DNA of 64,000 bases from Clostridia bacterium (GCA_017461385.1 JAFTXZ010000003.1:146392-210391), one strand, 5' to 3'; shown: positions 37,689-47,192, counted from the first letter of the stretch. The notes: generated by a model from the sequence alone, not told the origin. Program-made: numbers and translations.

Positions 37689-37841
37689 GCTCTTACTAAA
37701 ATTAGTCTTGTCAACGCCACATAGAGGACATTCAAAATCCTCTGGCAAATCCTCAAATTTTGTGCCTGGTGCAATTCCGTACTCAGGTGCGCCTGCCTCC
37801 TCGTCGTATTCCCAGCCACATACGTCGCATACATATTTCAT
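37686..37841 (-). CDS. Rubredoxin (51 aa), absent from the ORF track because it is under 60 aa
   Basis: Hand translation gives [51 protein letters not shown], with both CxxCG knuckles. RBS GGAGG. It lies 12 nt downstream of the flavodiiron gene. Confidence 0.9.
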   Translation of the reverse strand: MKYVCDVCGWEYDEEAGAPEYGIAPGTKFEDLPEDFECPLCGVDKTNFSKS

Positions 37842-37852
37842 AATAGATCCTC

Positions 37853-38992
37853 CTATTTACATAGCTCTTTTGCAAGAGCCTTAATTTGACTTAGATTTTC
37901 CTTACTGATTGAGGACAAAATCGTTACCCCTGTGTCTAAAATCGTAAGATTTTTTGAGTCCTCTAGCATTGATGCCATTTTCTTTTTTGCAAGTGGTGCC
38001 CAGCTTCCGTTTTCAATAAGGGCTACGGTTCTGTTTTGATAATTTCTCTCGGTCAGGTGGTTTATAAATTCCTTCATATAGGGGAATATATCACCATTAT
38101 AGGTGGTGGTTGCTAAAACTAGCCTGTCGTACTTAAAGGCGTCCTCTATTGCCTCGTGTATATCTTCTCTTGCAAGATCACAGGTGGAAACCTCGTAAAG
38201 CCCTCTATCAAGTAGCATATCCTTTAGTATCATAACTGCCTTTTCAGTATTGCCATACACAGAGGTATATGCAATTAAAACGCCCTCTTTTTCTGGCTTG
38301 TAGCTTGACCATGTATTATACAAATCAAGATAATAACCAAGATTTTCACGCAAGGCTGGTCCGTGCAAGGGGTAAATCCCCTCTATTTCAACACCCTCCA
38401 GCTTTTTAAGAAGCGCCTGCACCTGCGCACCATATTTTCCAACAATGCCAAAATAATAGCGCCTTGCCTCGCAAGCCCAGTCGTCCTCTATATCAAGTGC
38501 CCCAAATTTTCCAAAGGCGTCAGCTGAAAATAGTGCTTTTTCCGTGTTAAGATAGCTTACCATTACCTCTGGCCAATGAACCATCGGTGCAGAAAAAAAG
38601 GTTAACTCCCCCTTACCTAGCTGTAGGGTGTCCTTATCTCCTACTACCACTGACCTTTGTAGATAGTCCTTACCATAAAAAGCGTTTATCATACCAAGCC
38701 CCCTTTGGCTGGTAACGATTTTTGCATTCTCGTATCTTTCCATAAAGGCTACAATGCTTCCAGAATGGTCAGGCTCCACGTGATGAACGACTAAGTAATC
38801 AGGAGCTTTTCCCTCAAGCGTTGCATCTATATTTTCAAGCCACAGTCCACCAAAGCGTCCGTCTACGCTGTCCATAATTGCAATTTTTTCATCAAGCACC
38901 ACATAGGAATTATATGCCATTCCGTTTGGTACGATGTATTGACCCTCAAATAAATCTATTTTGTGGTCGTTTACTCCAATATATTTTATCAT
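37853..38992 (-). CDS. Flavodiiron protein (rubredoxin:oxygen/nitric oxide oxidoreductase, FprA-type)
   Basis: Metallo-beta-lactamase-like HHVEPDHSG di-iron motif plus a C-terminal flavodoxin domain. RBS GGGAGAG favours the start at MIKYIGV (38992) over the track start at 39046. Confidence 0.85.
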   Translation of the reverse strand: MIKYIGVNDHKIDLFEGQYIVPNGMAYNSYVVLDEKIAIMDSVDGRFGGLWLENIDATLEGKAPDYLVVHHVEPDHSGSIVAFMERYENAKIVTSQRGLGMINAFYGKDYLQRSVVVGDKDTLQLGKGELTFFSAPMVHWPEVMVSYLNTEKALFSADAFGKFGALDIEDDWACEARRYYFGIVGKYGAQVQALLKKLEGVEIEGIYPLHGPALRENLGYYLDLYNTWSSYKPEKEGVLIAYTSVYGNTEKAVMILKDMLLDRGLYEVSTCDLAREDIHEAIEDAFKYDRLVLATTTYNGDIFPYMKEFINHLTERNYQNRTVALIENGSWAPLAKKKMASMLEDSKNLTILDTGVTILSSISKENLSQIKALAKELCK

Positions 38993-39197
38993 ATTTTCTC
39001 TCCCAGATTTATTATTTGCCATCACTTCTCGGTTATATTCTACCACAGAATTTTTCTCTTTTCAATTATATATTTATACCATTTTTACATTTTTTAAGTG
39101 TCGTGTTTTCAGGACACCTTATATCTTTACAAAAACACGCTTCTGTGCTAAAATAATCTCACAAGGGCAAGAAAGCCCAAGAAGGAGATTACAAAAA

Positions 39198-39458
39198 ATG
39201 AAAGAAAAAATTAAAGCTTACTTTAAGCAGGATACAGATACAACTATTGATTTTATAGGAAGGCTTTTTGTTTTGCCTGTGCTTGCACTTTTTTATTCTA
39301 TTATTTTTCCATTTAATCTTGCGTCAAATGGTCTTGAGGAGTTTTCTCGCCTTGAGTCCACAAAAGCAAAGCTTCTGGGTCTTGGAAAGCTTTTGCTTGG
39401 CGTTTTGATTTTCGGCGCTCTTATGTGTCTTTTCACCCTTATTGGTAGGTTGATATAA
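39198..39458 (+). CDS. Small (86 aa) two-TM membrane protein, hypothetical
   Basis: RBS GAAGGAG, two hydrophobic helices, followed by a terminator. Confidence 0.45.
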   Translation: MKEKIKAYFKQDTDTTIDFIGRLFVLPVLALFYSIIFPFNLASNGLEEFSRLESTKAKLLGLGKLLLGVLIFGALMCLFTLIGRLI

Positions 39459-39490
39459 AAAAAGGACAGATTGAATCTGTCCTTTTTTAT
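39459..39490. terminator. Bidirectional terminator
   Basis: AAAAGGACAGATT-GAA-TCTGTCCTTTT. Confidence 0.8.
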
Positions 39491-39492
39491 TT

Positions 39493-42400
39493 TTAGTCAA
39501 CTACAATGTAGATTGGATTTTCGCTAACGTTAACCTTTACGTAACCAAGCTCATCAGCCTCAAGCTCGGTCTTTTTACCCTCGGTTAGTCCGTTTACGTT
39601 TTCAACCAAGGTTGCACCTGTGCTATTAATTCTTACACAGTAGTCTTCAACCTTTGTTCCGTCAGAGGTTGGGCACCATACTGCGTAAGCTGTCTTGCCG
39701 TCCTCGTTTTGGTATTCGTAAAGCATTACGTTTTCGTCATAGGTTTCAATCTGCCTTGTGAAGATATAATCGCCAAGAGTATTTTTTAGTGTATATAGAT
39801 AATAGTAAGAATCCTTCTTGAACTCTACCACGTTTCCATCCTCATCATACTCATAGCCGATAACACCTGAGGAGCCAAACTTACCAACTGCCTCGTTTTC
39901 AACGCCTGTGTCCTCACACATATACATAGTTGCCTTATCTACACCAGATGCAGAAAGCAGTAGATATGCACGAGTTAGCCACATTGCCTGTACCTGTCTG
40001 CCTGTGTATTCACCATAAGCATGCGCAGAGTTTACTGTTGCGTAGCTTTGGTTAGTATCCCAACCAAACTCAGTTAGCCAAACCTCTTTATCCTTATAGT
40101 ACTTGTCTCTTATTTCAACAAGCTGTGAAAGGATACCAGGTAGGTCTGCTTCCTCTGGAGACATACCAACGTAACGAATCTTATCGCCGGCAACCGTAAT
40201 CGCCTTTGACATATATTGGTGAACGTTGAATGCGTCGATTGCAACCTTGCCGTCAGCACGGTTTGCCTTCATCCAATAGCACATAGCTGTAATGTACTCA
40301 TTACTTGCAGCAGAAATACCTGCCATGCCAACGCCCATATCGGTATTTGCGTTCTTTGCACCGAAGTGGTAAGTTCCTGTCGAAACTGCTGTGTTGATTG
40401 TTGAGCAGTGTCCGTCGTAGCCTGCAGAGGTCAACGCAGCAAGCTGATATGCTGAGAAGTAACCGTCAATTCCGCCGTGCCATGAAGCGTCTGGCTCGTT
40501 TCCAAGCTCAAGCCACTTAACAAGGCCAAGACCAACTGTTGGTGAATCGTTATAGTGCTCTCTTACAGCATCAAGAAGTGCTGTGGAGGTGTTTGTGCCA
40601 TAACGTGCAGAGTATGCAAACATTAAATCTGCGTATGTATAATAGGTGTTAGGATCGAACTTATCCCAATAATCACCCTTAACAAGTTTGCCCTCGGTAT
40701 CTCTTACCGGAACACCGTCCTCATCAATCTTATTTGATACGCCGTTCTTTTGTAAATCCCATTGAATACAAGGAATTAGGTTAATTCCAGCCTTTACGTA
40801 TTCTGCATAGCGCTGGTCAAAGTTACCCATTCCGCTTGATGAGAAGTATGACGCCTTACCTGGGAAGTCAGATTCCACGTACGCCCAGCCAAAGTTGTGA
40901 TATTCTCTTAGTACAGAGGTACAAATTACAGAATCAACAGGTGTGTTACCACCACCGATAGCAGTGAAGCCACACATACCCATCATTTCGTTGATGCTTG
41001 GTAGATTATTCTTGCTTGTGTTAATCTTGTCGCCCTCGCCGTTTTGATAACCGTAGGTTAGCATCTCGTAAGGAGCAGTTCCGTCTGTAAATACAATTTG
41101 AATATATCTTGTGTCTGTACCAATCTCAATTTCATTCCAGCCAGTAGCCGTTGTGAACGTGTAGTAGCCGTCCCAGACTGAATTCTCTGACATAAAGTCA
41201 AGAGGTGTGTCGCTCCATCTAACGGTTACATTATAGCCCTCATCTGCATAATACAAATATACAGAGCTTATATAGTGGAGTGTTTCAAGGTCAACGATTG
41301 GAGCAAGTCTTAGATTGTAATATTTGCTTTCTGTATCTGTAAAGTTTCTTGCAATTACAGTGCTTGGCATTGTTGAGCCAGTTCTGAACTCATCACTTTG
41401 CTCATCAAATAGATTTGCAAAGGAGGAAAGAATTTCACCGTGATATACGTTTGCCTGCTCGTAATCAATAGGAATTAGCTTATTTCCACCAACTCTTACG
41501 CACTTAACCGTTCCTAGGTTAGTGCCAGAGTATGGTCTTACCGCTACGTAGTAGCACTTATCAAGGCTTGCATCAAGGTTAAAGGTAGCAGTTATTTCTC
41601 TGTTGCCAGAAATCGTTGCGTTTAGCTGTGTTGCGCTATCGAAGTTTTCGCTTGTGATTTCGCTTGTGCTATATCTGATATCGTAAGCCACGGGGTTTGT
41701 GTAAATGTTGAACTTTAGCTTAACCTGTGTGCCGTTTACCTGAGTTACTCTTAAGTACTTGATTTCCTCAAGAGCAAGCGCCTTAACCTCGCGCTCCTCC
41801 TCTAAATTACAGCCTACGCACCTATAGGTTGCCATTCCATTTGAGGATATGCTGGGCGCCTTTGTATATGAAACAAATCTTTGATAGTTATGTCCTGTTG
41901 CGTCAAGAGTAATTGTTCTTCTATACGCGCCACAGGTGCATAGATAAACCGCCTGTCCCTTTTCTGTACAGGTAGGTGCTGTATAGGAAACCAGTTGAGT
42001 GAATTCTCTTACAAGCTTTGGAGTGTAGTAGTCTCCAGTTTTTCCACAGTAGCAAGCATACTTAGCTGTACCTCTTTCTACACAGGTAGAAGGAGTCATT
42101 TGCTCAACAAACTCTCTATGGTCGCAAATATGCTTATCATCAACACTAAGAAGTCTTGTATCCTCCTTAGCACCATGAATTTCTATCTCTGTTAGCTTGA
42201 AGGTCTGATAGCTTTCCTTAATAGAGGTAATTTCAACCTCAATTGTATATACTCTGTACTTTTCGCCCTTGAACACCTCAATCTTATCGCCAGGTCCACC
42301 ATAAGCAGAGGCATTTGCTCTTACGCTTTCACTAATTAGCGTTTGACCGTTTGCATTCTTTACTCTTACGGTTGCAGTAGTCCAGTTACCTGCAACGTAA

Positions 42401-43110
42401 ACGTATAGCTCCTTAAGAATGATTTCTTGACCAAGAGTAACAACTAAAACGTCACCCAAATCCCCAAACCAGTCGCTTCCCTGTGCATAGATACCAGCAC
42501 TATCCGTATTGCCGTCAAACACCTTCCAAACGTTATCAACAGCAGGGTTATAAATGCTACTTGCTTCAACGGTGTAAATGTCATCCTTTGTCAGCTTCTT
42601 TGTGATAAGCTGAGGAAGCGCTTGACTGTTTGTCTTGCCACAGTTTACGCACTCAAAGGTTGCTCTGCCAGCCTGGGTCAGAGTTGGTTTCTGAGAAACA
42701 CTTGCAACCTTTGAAAAATCGTGGTCATCAGACTTTGGAAGCTGCTGCTGAGATTTTAACAATGCATCACACACGGAGCATTTCTTTCCCTCTGTTTTAC
42801 CAAAGGTTTTGCAGGTTGGAGCAACTGCAGGAATAATTTCCTCTGTATGGCCAATTGCGTTTATGTATCTTATTCCTATTTCTCCACAAAGAGTACACTT
42901 ACTGTGCTCCTCGCCTCTTATGTCGCATTTTGGCTCGTAAATTACTTCCCACTCCTCATAATTGTGCTGACAGGTGTCGGGGTTTCCTCCTCCACCTTCG
43001 CCACTTCCCGTCTCAATTGCTGGAGGCTCTTCTCCTCCACCACAGGCAGAGAAAACGCAGACAATTAAAAGCAATGCTATAATTAGTAAGCTTAATTTCT
43101 TTACGTTCAT
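39493..43110 (-). CDS. Giant (about 1205 aa) surface lipoprotein with Cys-rich CxxC repeats, an F5/8 type C (discoidin)-like domain and a C-terminal clan GH-A glycoside hydrolase catalytic domain
   Basis: Lipoprotein signal MNVKKLSLLIIALLLIVCVFSAC. WLELGNEPD is the acid/base NEP motif and VWLTEFGWD the nucleophile TEFG motif of clan GH-A. The start is taken at MNVKK. Confidence 0.65.
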   Translation of the reverse strand: MNVKKLSLLIIALLLIVCVFSACGGGEEPPAIETGSGEGGGGNPDTCQHNYEEWEVIYEPKCDIRGEEHSKCTLCGEIGIRYINAIGHTEEIIPAVAPTCKTFGKTEGKKCSVCDALLKSQQQLPKSDDHDFSKVASVSQKPTLTQAGRATFECVNCGKTNSQALPQLITKKLTKDDIYTVEASSIYNPAVDNVWKVFDGNTDSAGIYAQGSDWFGDLGDVLVVTLGQEIILKELYVYVAGNWTTATVRVKNANGQTLISESVRANASAYGGPGDKIEVFKGEKYRVYTIEVEITSIKESYQTFKLTEIEIHGAKEDTRLLSVDDKHICDHREFVEQMTPSTCVERGTAKYACYCGKTGDYYTPKLVREFTQLVSYTAPTCTEKGQAVYLCTCGAYRRTITLDATGHNYQRFVSYTKAPSISSNGMATYRCVGCNLEEEREVKALALEEIKYLRVTQVNGTQVKLKFNIYTNPVAYDIRYSTSEITSENFDSATQLNATISGNREITATFNLDASLDKCYYVAVRPYSGTNLGTVKCVRVGGNKLIPIDYEQANVYHGEILSSFANLFDEQSDEFRTGSTMPSTVIARNFTDTESKYYNLRLAPIVDLETLHYISSVYLYYADEGYNVTVRWSDTPLDFMSENSVWDGYYTFTTATGWNEIEIGTDTRYIQIVFTDGTAPYEMLTYGYQNGEGDKINTSKNNLPSINEMMGMCGFTAIGGGNTPVDSVICTSVLREYHNFGWAYVESDFPGKASYFSSSGMGNFDQRYAEYVKAGINLIPCIQWDLQKNGVSNKIDEDGVPVRDTEGKLVKGDYWDKFDPNTYYTYADLMFAYSARYGTNTSTALLDAVREHYNDSPTVGLGLVKWLELGNEPDASWHGGIDGYFSAYQLAALTSAGYDGHCSTINTAVSTGTYHFGAKNANTDMGVGMAGISAASNEYITAMCYWMKANRADGKVAIDAFNVHQYMSKAITVAGDKIRYVGMSPEEADLPGILSQLVEIRDKYYKDKEVWLTEFGWDTNQSYATVNSAHAYGEYTGRQVQAMWLTRAYLLLSASGVDKATMYMCEDTGVENEAVGKFGSSGVIGYEYDEDGNVVEFKKDSYYYLYTLKNTLGDYIFTRQIETYDENVMLYEYQNEDGKTAYAVWCPTSDGTKVEDYCVRINSTGATLVENVNGLTEGKKTELEADELGYVKVNVSENPIYIVVD

Positions 43111-43239
43111 TTTTTCTCCTTCTCTTGCTAATATAAGCAAGGATTAAAAGTTTCTAATATAATTATAAAGTATAATAATCGATATTTCAATAATAAAATT
43201 TGATTTCACCTTTAATATAAATATTTTTCTAAAAATATA

Positions 43240-43268
43240 TTGACACGTAGAAAAAAGTGTGATATATT
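43240..43268 (+). promoter_or_regulatory. Sigma-A promoter driving the tRNA-Ser leader transcript
   Basis: TTGACA, 17 nt, TATATT, rightward, about 340 nt upstream of the tRNA. Confidence 0.5.
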
Positions 43269-43326
43269 AATTAAGCAACAAAATTTGTGCTTTTATCATT
43301 TAGTACGGAGTAACGAGAAAATAGCA

Positions 43327-43601
43327 GATTTGAAAAATAAAATTTTTCAAGCCACTTCTCAATTCTGCGTATTAAATCGTAGTAAACCACAATTTTTTCT
43401 ACGGGGTAGCAAAACTTTCGTTTTGTGCTACGGACGGTCCCTTGTGAACAACCTGCGAACCCCCCTAAACTCATTCTTCGTTTTGGGGAACTCCAGTTGC
43501 TCCCAGATGACCTTGTCCTTGCATACGCAGCGGATTTGAAAAATAAAATTTTTCAAGCCACTTCTCAATTCTGCGTATTAAATCGTAGTAAACCACAATT
43601 T
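43327..43601 (+). repeat. 69-bp direct repeat (43327-43395 and 43533-43601) flanking a 137-bp segment that contains the GAACCCCCC...GGGGAAC hairpin (43457-43491)
   Basis: Read directly. Each repeat contains the palindrome TTGAAAAAT-AAA-ATTTTTCAA. The second copy forms a 13-bp inverted repeat (CTGCGTATTAAAT/ATTTAATACGCAG) abutting the tRNA 5' end. Confidence 0.8.
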
Positions 43602-43606
43602 AATAC

Positions 43607-43694
43607 GCAGGGGTATCGAAGCGGTCATAACGAGGCGGTCTTGAAAACCGTTTGGCCAAAAGCCACGTGGGTTCGAATCCCACCCCCTGCGCCA
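43607..43694 (+). tRNA. tRNA-Ser (anticodon UGA) with a long variable arm and encoded CCA
   Basis: Acceptor GCAGGGG/CCCCTGC, anticodon loop CTTGAAA, variable stem TGGCC/GGCCA, T-arm GTGGG-TTCGAAT-CCCAC, discriminator G plus CCA. A terminator follows. Confidence 0.85.
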
Positions 43695-43695
43695 A

Positions 43696-43735
43696 AAACA
43701 AAAAGGACACATCTCGTGTCCTTTTTGTTTTTTTG
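43696..43735 (+). terminator. Terminator after tRNA-Ser
   Basis: AAAAGGACAC-ATCTC-GTGTCCTTTTTG then TTTTTT. Confidence 0.8.
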
Positions 43736-43866
43736 GCTTAGTGGGTGATTCCGAAGACATCTTTGTAAATGCAACGCATTTGCAAATTGGGTGCGCAAGT
43801 CCAACGAAAGCCGTTGTCAGCTTGCTAGCAAAAGGCTCGTTGTGGCTCTTTGCAAAAAGCAAAGCC

Positions 43867-43887
43867 TCCCACCCCCTGCGCCAAAAA
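43867..43887 (+). repeat. 21-bp direct repeat of the tRNA-Ser 3' end (TCCCACCCCCTGCGCCAAAAA), an att-like scar
   Basis: Identical to 43678-43698. Followed by its own terminator hairpin at 43888-43919. Confidence 0.8.
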
Positions 43888-43919
43888 ATTCGACAAGCTT
43901 AGACTTGTCGAATTTTTTT
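43888..43919 (+). terminator. Terminator-like hairpin after the tRNA 3'-end copy
   Basis: AATTCGACAAG-CTTAG-ACTTGTCGAATT then TTTTTT. Confidence 0.7.
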
Positions 43920-44098
43920 ATCCATTGTGAAAGCAATGGCATATCATCACGCATTAGCGTGTATCTCATCACCGAAGGTGTATATCATCAGCCGTGGGCT
44001 GTATTGTACCTTCCCTTTGATACACCAAAATTCAAAGACAGAAATGCTTTGCATTTTCTGTCTTTTTTCATCTTATAAGGGAATTTTTTCTTTATATA

Positions 44099-44164
44099 TT
44101 GACAAATTCTTGAAAATCGTGTATAATTTGGTTGTGAACAAGTTGTTCACGAACAAGTTGTTCG
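44099..44164 (+). promoter_or_regulatory. Consensus sigma-A promoter with two tandem palindromic operators for the TetR gene
   Basis: TTGACA, 17 nt, TATAAT at 44099-44127. Operators GTGAACAAGTTGTTCAC (44134-44150) and CGAACAAGTTGTTCG (44150-44164), plus a third half-site. Confidence 0.65.
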
Positions 44165-44198
44165 CGAACAAGCGAGCTTGATTGGAGGGACTTACAAA

Positions 44199-44924
44199 AT
44201 GGCACACATAAATACACAACGACCAAACACAAGATTGCAAATTATTCAGCTGGCTGCGAAGCTATATATTGAAAACGGATATTCTAAGACCACGAACAAG
44301 GAAATTGCCACACTCTTGGACATTAGCCCTGGAAATATAACCTTTTATTTTCCAACAAAGGACCATTTGCTCTCTGTTTTAGTAGATGAGCTTTGCAACT
44401 TCCAAGAGCTACTAATGGAGCAGGTTGCGCAGGAGGGCAAAAGCTCACTTCTTGCCTATTGCCTTGAGCTAACCTCTATGGTGGCAGCCTGTGAGGATTG
44501 CGCCGTTACAAGGGATTTCTTTGTGTCTGCCTATTCATCAGAGCTAACCCTAAGAAAAATTCGCGAAAACGATACTCAAAAAACAAAAGAGGTTTTTGGT
44601 GAGTTTTGTCCAGATTGGAGTGAGGAAATGTGGCAGGCAACAGAAAATATTGTATCTGGCATTGAGTATGCTACTCTTATGACAAAGGAGCAGGATATTC
44701 CTCTTTCCGTTCAAATTGAAAGAACGCTAAATACTATTATGACCATATATAACGTTCCCGAGACTCTTCGCAAAAGCAAGCTTGAAAAGGTGCTCAAAAT
44801 AGACCAGCACGCACTGGGACAACGAATTCTTGTGGAATTTAAGGAATATATTGAAAAGGTAAACGAAGAAAATCTTAAAAAAGCAATTTGCGACAAGGCA
44901 AAAAAAGCAAGCTCGTCGCATTAG
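44199..44924 (+). CDS. TetR/AcrR-family transcriptional regulator
   Basis: N-terminal HTH LQIIQLAAKLYIENGYSKTTNKEIATLLDISPGNITFYFPTKDHLL. RBS GGAGGG precedes the ATG at 44199. Confidence 0.85.
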   Translation: MAHINTQRPNTRLQIIQLAAKLYIENGYSKTTNKEIATLLDISPGNITFYFPTKDHLLSVLVDELCNFQELLMEQVAQEGKSSLLAYCLELTSMVAACEDCAVTRDFFVSAYSSELTLRKIRENDTQKTKEVFGEFCPDWSEEMWQATENIVSGIEYATLMTKEQDIPLSVQIERTLNTIMTIYNVPETLRKSKLEKVLKIDQHALGQRILVEFKEYIEKVNEENLKKAICDKAKKASSSH

Positions 44925-44937
44925 TAAGGAGCAAGAT

Positions 44938-47097
44938 ATGAAAAAAATTACAAAAAGAATCATTTCTGTGCTACTTGTTGCTTGTCTTTTAGGAGCAATT
45001 GTGCTTCAGCTTGCAGGCTGTGCGCTATTCAGAGTTCCTATTGATACAGGCACGGAGGCAGCAAAGCTACTTTTGGCAAATGAACGATTGGACGAGGGGC
45101 TTCTAGGCTCTAATATAGACGTGGGATTTTCTAGCAGAGCGACCCTTTCTGCAAAGGACCACTTCGAGATTATGAAGCTCTCCTCTAATACTCTGCTTTC
45201 CACTGAGGCTGTTAGTCAATCCTCGGGCAGACATACCTGGTATGATTTCCCTGCAAAGTCTTCATCCTTAACTGAGTTTAATCAATTTGTGAAATCAGTT
45301 GACGAGGAGGTAAAGTGTGTAGCAGAGGATATTGCTAATATGAAGCAAAACGTTGGCGTTACTGACAAATGGGTTGAATTTCTAAATGGCGAAAAGCAAA
45401 TGCTAAGAGTTTTTGAAAATTACGATTGCTTGCTTGTCTATGGTATATACGACGACGTACATGTATATTACAGATACACCGATGAAAACGCACGCAACTA
45501 TTACGAAATGTACTCTTTTATGTCCTACGAGGACGGCACAACTGGTGATATAAAAACCATCTACGTACCAAATGAGCGCTATGAGTATATGTATGAAAAC
45601 TCTAATGGCTTTAGGGATTACTTTATTGCAGAAAATTCTCGTGGCTACTGGGTAAACACTCGTTTTAATACGATAGAATATAGCGAAAACAGCTCCGTTG
45701 CAGGCTTTTCCACCTACATTATAAGGGACGGCCTTGGCTACGGCTTTATTACAAGCTATGAAAAGAATAGCACCAGCGAATCAAGCAGAACACAGGGTCT
45801 TTACGTATTTGACCCAAATCTTGACAGGGAATTATTCCACGTATTCCAAATAGGAAGCAGCTATGATTTCGACTTGTATTTTTCAGCAATTAAGGACGGC
45901 TTTGTTTCAGCATCTGCAAGTGAGTTTTCTACCAATGAGGGCGTTTACGAAACAAATCAAATCGACACACTCGTTACAACTAACGGCACTTACACGGCTA
46001 CCGAGGAAGATGCAAATGGTGAGTTTGAATTTACACGTGGACACGTTCAATACTATTATGGCGATGAGATTTATTACGGCTCACTTTCGTTTAGCGCCAC
46101 TTCTCCAAATTGGACCATGGCTATTGCCTGTGAGGAGCTTGGCAAATACGTAAGCAGTCTAGGCTTAACCCTTTGGTGCGATATGGAAAGCGTTGCAAAA
46201 TCCCTTGAGCATGCCTCACTTATGGCAGAGGGCTTTAATGAAAGCTTCCGTTGGTATGACAGCGTAATAAGTAATATGAGCGCGCTTGAAGAAGCCGTTG
46301 TATTGCTTCGCAACGATTATAAAAGCGCCTACGAGGACTATGAGGTGGTAAAGGACTTTGAAAAGGTACAGGTGCGTCAGGTGCTTTCGCCAAATGCACA
46401 CTTTGCAAGCGTTAGCATCACCTCAAATGGCGATAACAAAATGACCGGCGAGACGATTCAGATAGATGGAATTACAATTTTGACCGATGACGTGGCGCTT
46501 TTCGAGACTGGAATGAGGTACGTTTTGAAGGTTGGTCTTTCCCTGGTTGACGAAAACGGCAACCCTATTAGCGTTAATACTGTGGCGCTAAAGGGTGGAA
46601 ATGAATCCCCTATTGCCTTTGAGGGTGATGGTATTGGTCTTTCTATCTCTGGGGAATACGCTATTCCTAAAAACCTTCATAACGGACGATATGCAGCAGT
46701 TGTGTATATTGCAACGGCTGATGATGGCATACGTGTTAGCGAAATGAAAAAAATTGCCTTTGCAGAAATCAAGGAGGGCGAGATTGAGTCCGCTGCGATG
46801 ATAATGGAGGCCTTTGACGAGGAAGCCAGCCTTATAGTAGAATACAAAATTAAAAATACTCGTTCTATTTCAATAGTGGCAACGAAGGAAGGCTATAGCT
46901 ACAAGGAAATTGAAAAAATCATTATGGCTGAAATTTTAGCCTATGGCACACCTTTCCAAAGCGCAACCCTTGAAACACAGACAGGAGAGGAAATTGGAGG
47001 CGAGCAAACCCTTGGCAAGGGTACTTATCGAATGATGTGCTACTTTAATACCTCTGACGGACTTGCACAGGGCTACGTGTACTTAACGGTAGAATAA
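44938..47097 (+). CDS. Large (719 aa) lipoprotein of unknown function
   Basis: Signal peptide with lipobox LQLAGC. Immediately downstream of the TetR gene. Confidence 0.6.
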   Translation: MKKITKRIISVLLVACLLGAIVLQLAGCALFRVPIDTGTEAAKLLLANERLDEGLLGSNIDVGFSSRATLSAKDHFEIMKLSSNTLLSTEAVSQSSGRHTWYDFPAKSSSLTEFNQFVKSVDEEVKCVAEDIANMKQNVGVTDKWVEFLNGEKQMLRVFENYDCLLVYGIYDDVHVYYRYTDENARNYYEMYSFMSYEDGTTGDIKTIYVPNERYEYMYENSNGFRDYFIAENSRGYWVNTRFNTIEYSENSSVAGFSTYIIRDGLGYGFITSYEKNSTSESSRTQGLYVFDPNLDRELFHVFQIGSSYDFDLYFSAIKDGFVSASASEFSTNEGVYETNQIDTLVTTNGTYTATEEDANGEFEFTRGHVQYYYGDEIYYGSLSFSATSPNWTMAIACEELGKYVSSLGLTLWCDMESVAKSLEHASLMAEGFNESFRWYDSVISNMSALEEAVVLLRNDYKSAYEDYEVVKDFEKVQVRQVLSPNAHFASVSITSNGDNKMTGETIQIDGITILTDDVALFETGMRYVLKVGLSLVDENGNPISVNTVALKGGNESPIAFEGDGIGLSISGEYAIPKNLHNGRYAAVVYIATADDGIRVSEMKKIAFAEIKEGEIESAAMIMEAFDEEASLIVEYKIKNTRSISIVATKEGYSYKEIEKIIMAEILAYGTPFQSATLETQTGEEIGGEQTLGKGTYRMMCYFNTSDGLAQGYVYLTVE

Positions 47098-47100
47098 AAC

Positions 47101-47134
47101 AAAAAGAAAGCACCGACAGGTGCTTTCTTTTTGT
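47101..47134 (+). terminator. Rho-independent terminator
   Basis: AAAGAAAGCACC-GACA-GGTGCTTTCTTT then TTT. Confidence 0.8.
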
Positions 47135-47192
47135 AGATTGCAAATACGATGCTTTTATGGTATAATAAGTACATCAAAAAAAGGAGAGGCTT

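Noticed and set aside
37625-37834. 69-aa minus-strand ORF from the track
   Set aside because: It overlaps the clearly conserved rubredoxin gene (37686-37841) on the same strand in another frame and overlaps the terminator hairpin. It is spurious.
44134-44164. LexA (Cheo-box) SOS operator
   Set aside because: CGAAC and GTTCG arms are present, but the spacer is 5 nt rather than the 4 nt of the CGAACRNRYGTTCG consensus. Its position immediately after a TetR gene promoter makes a TetR operator more plausible.
43240-44198. Integrated prophage or island at tRNA-Ser
   Set aside because: No integrase, excisionase or phage-like ORFs lie between or beside the direct repeats. Only 168 bp separates them. 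It is recorded as a scar and not as a mobile element.
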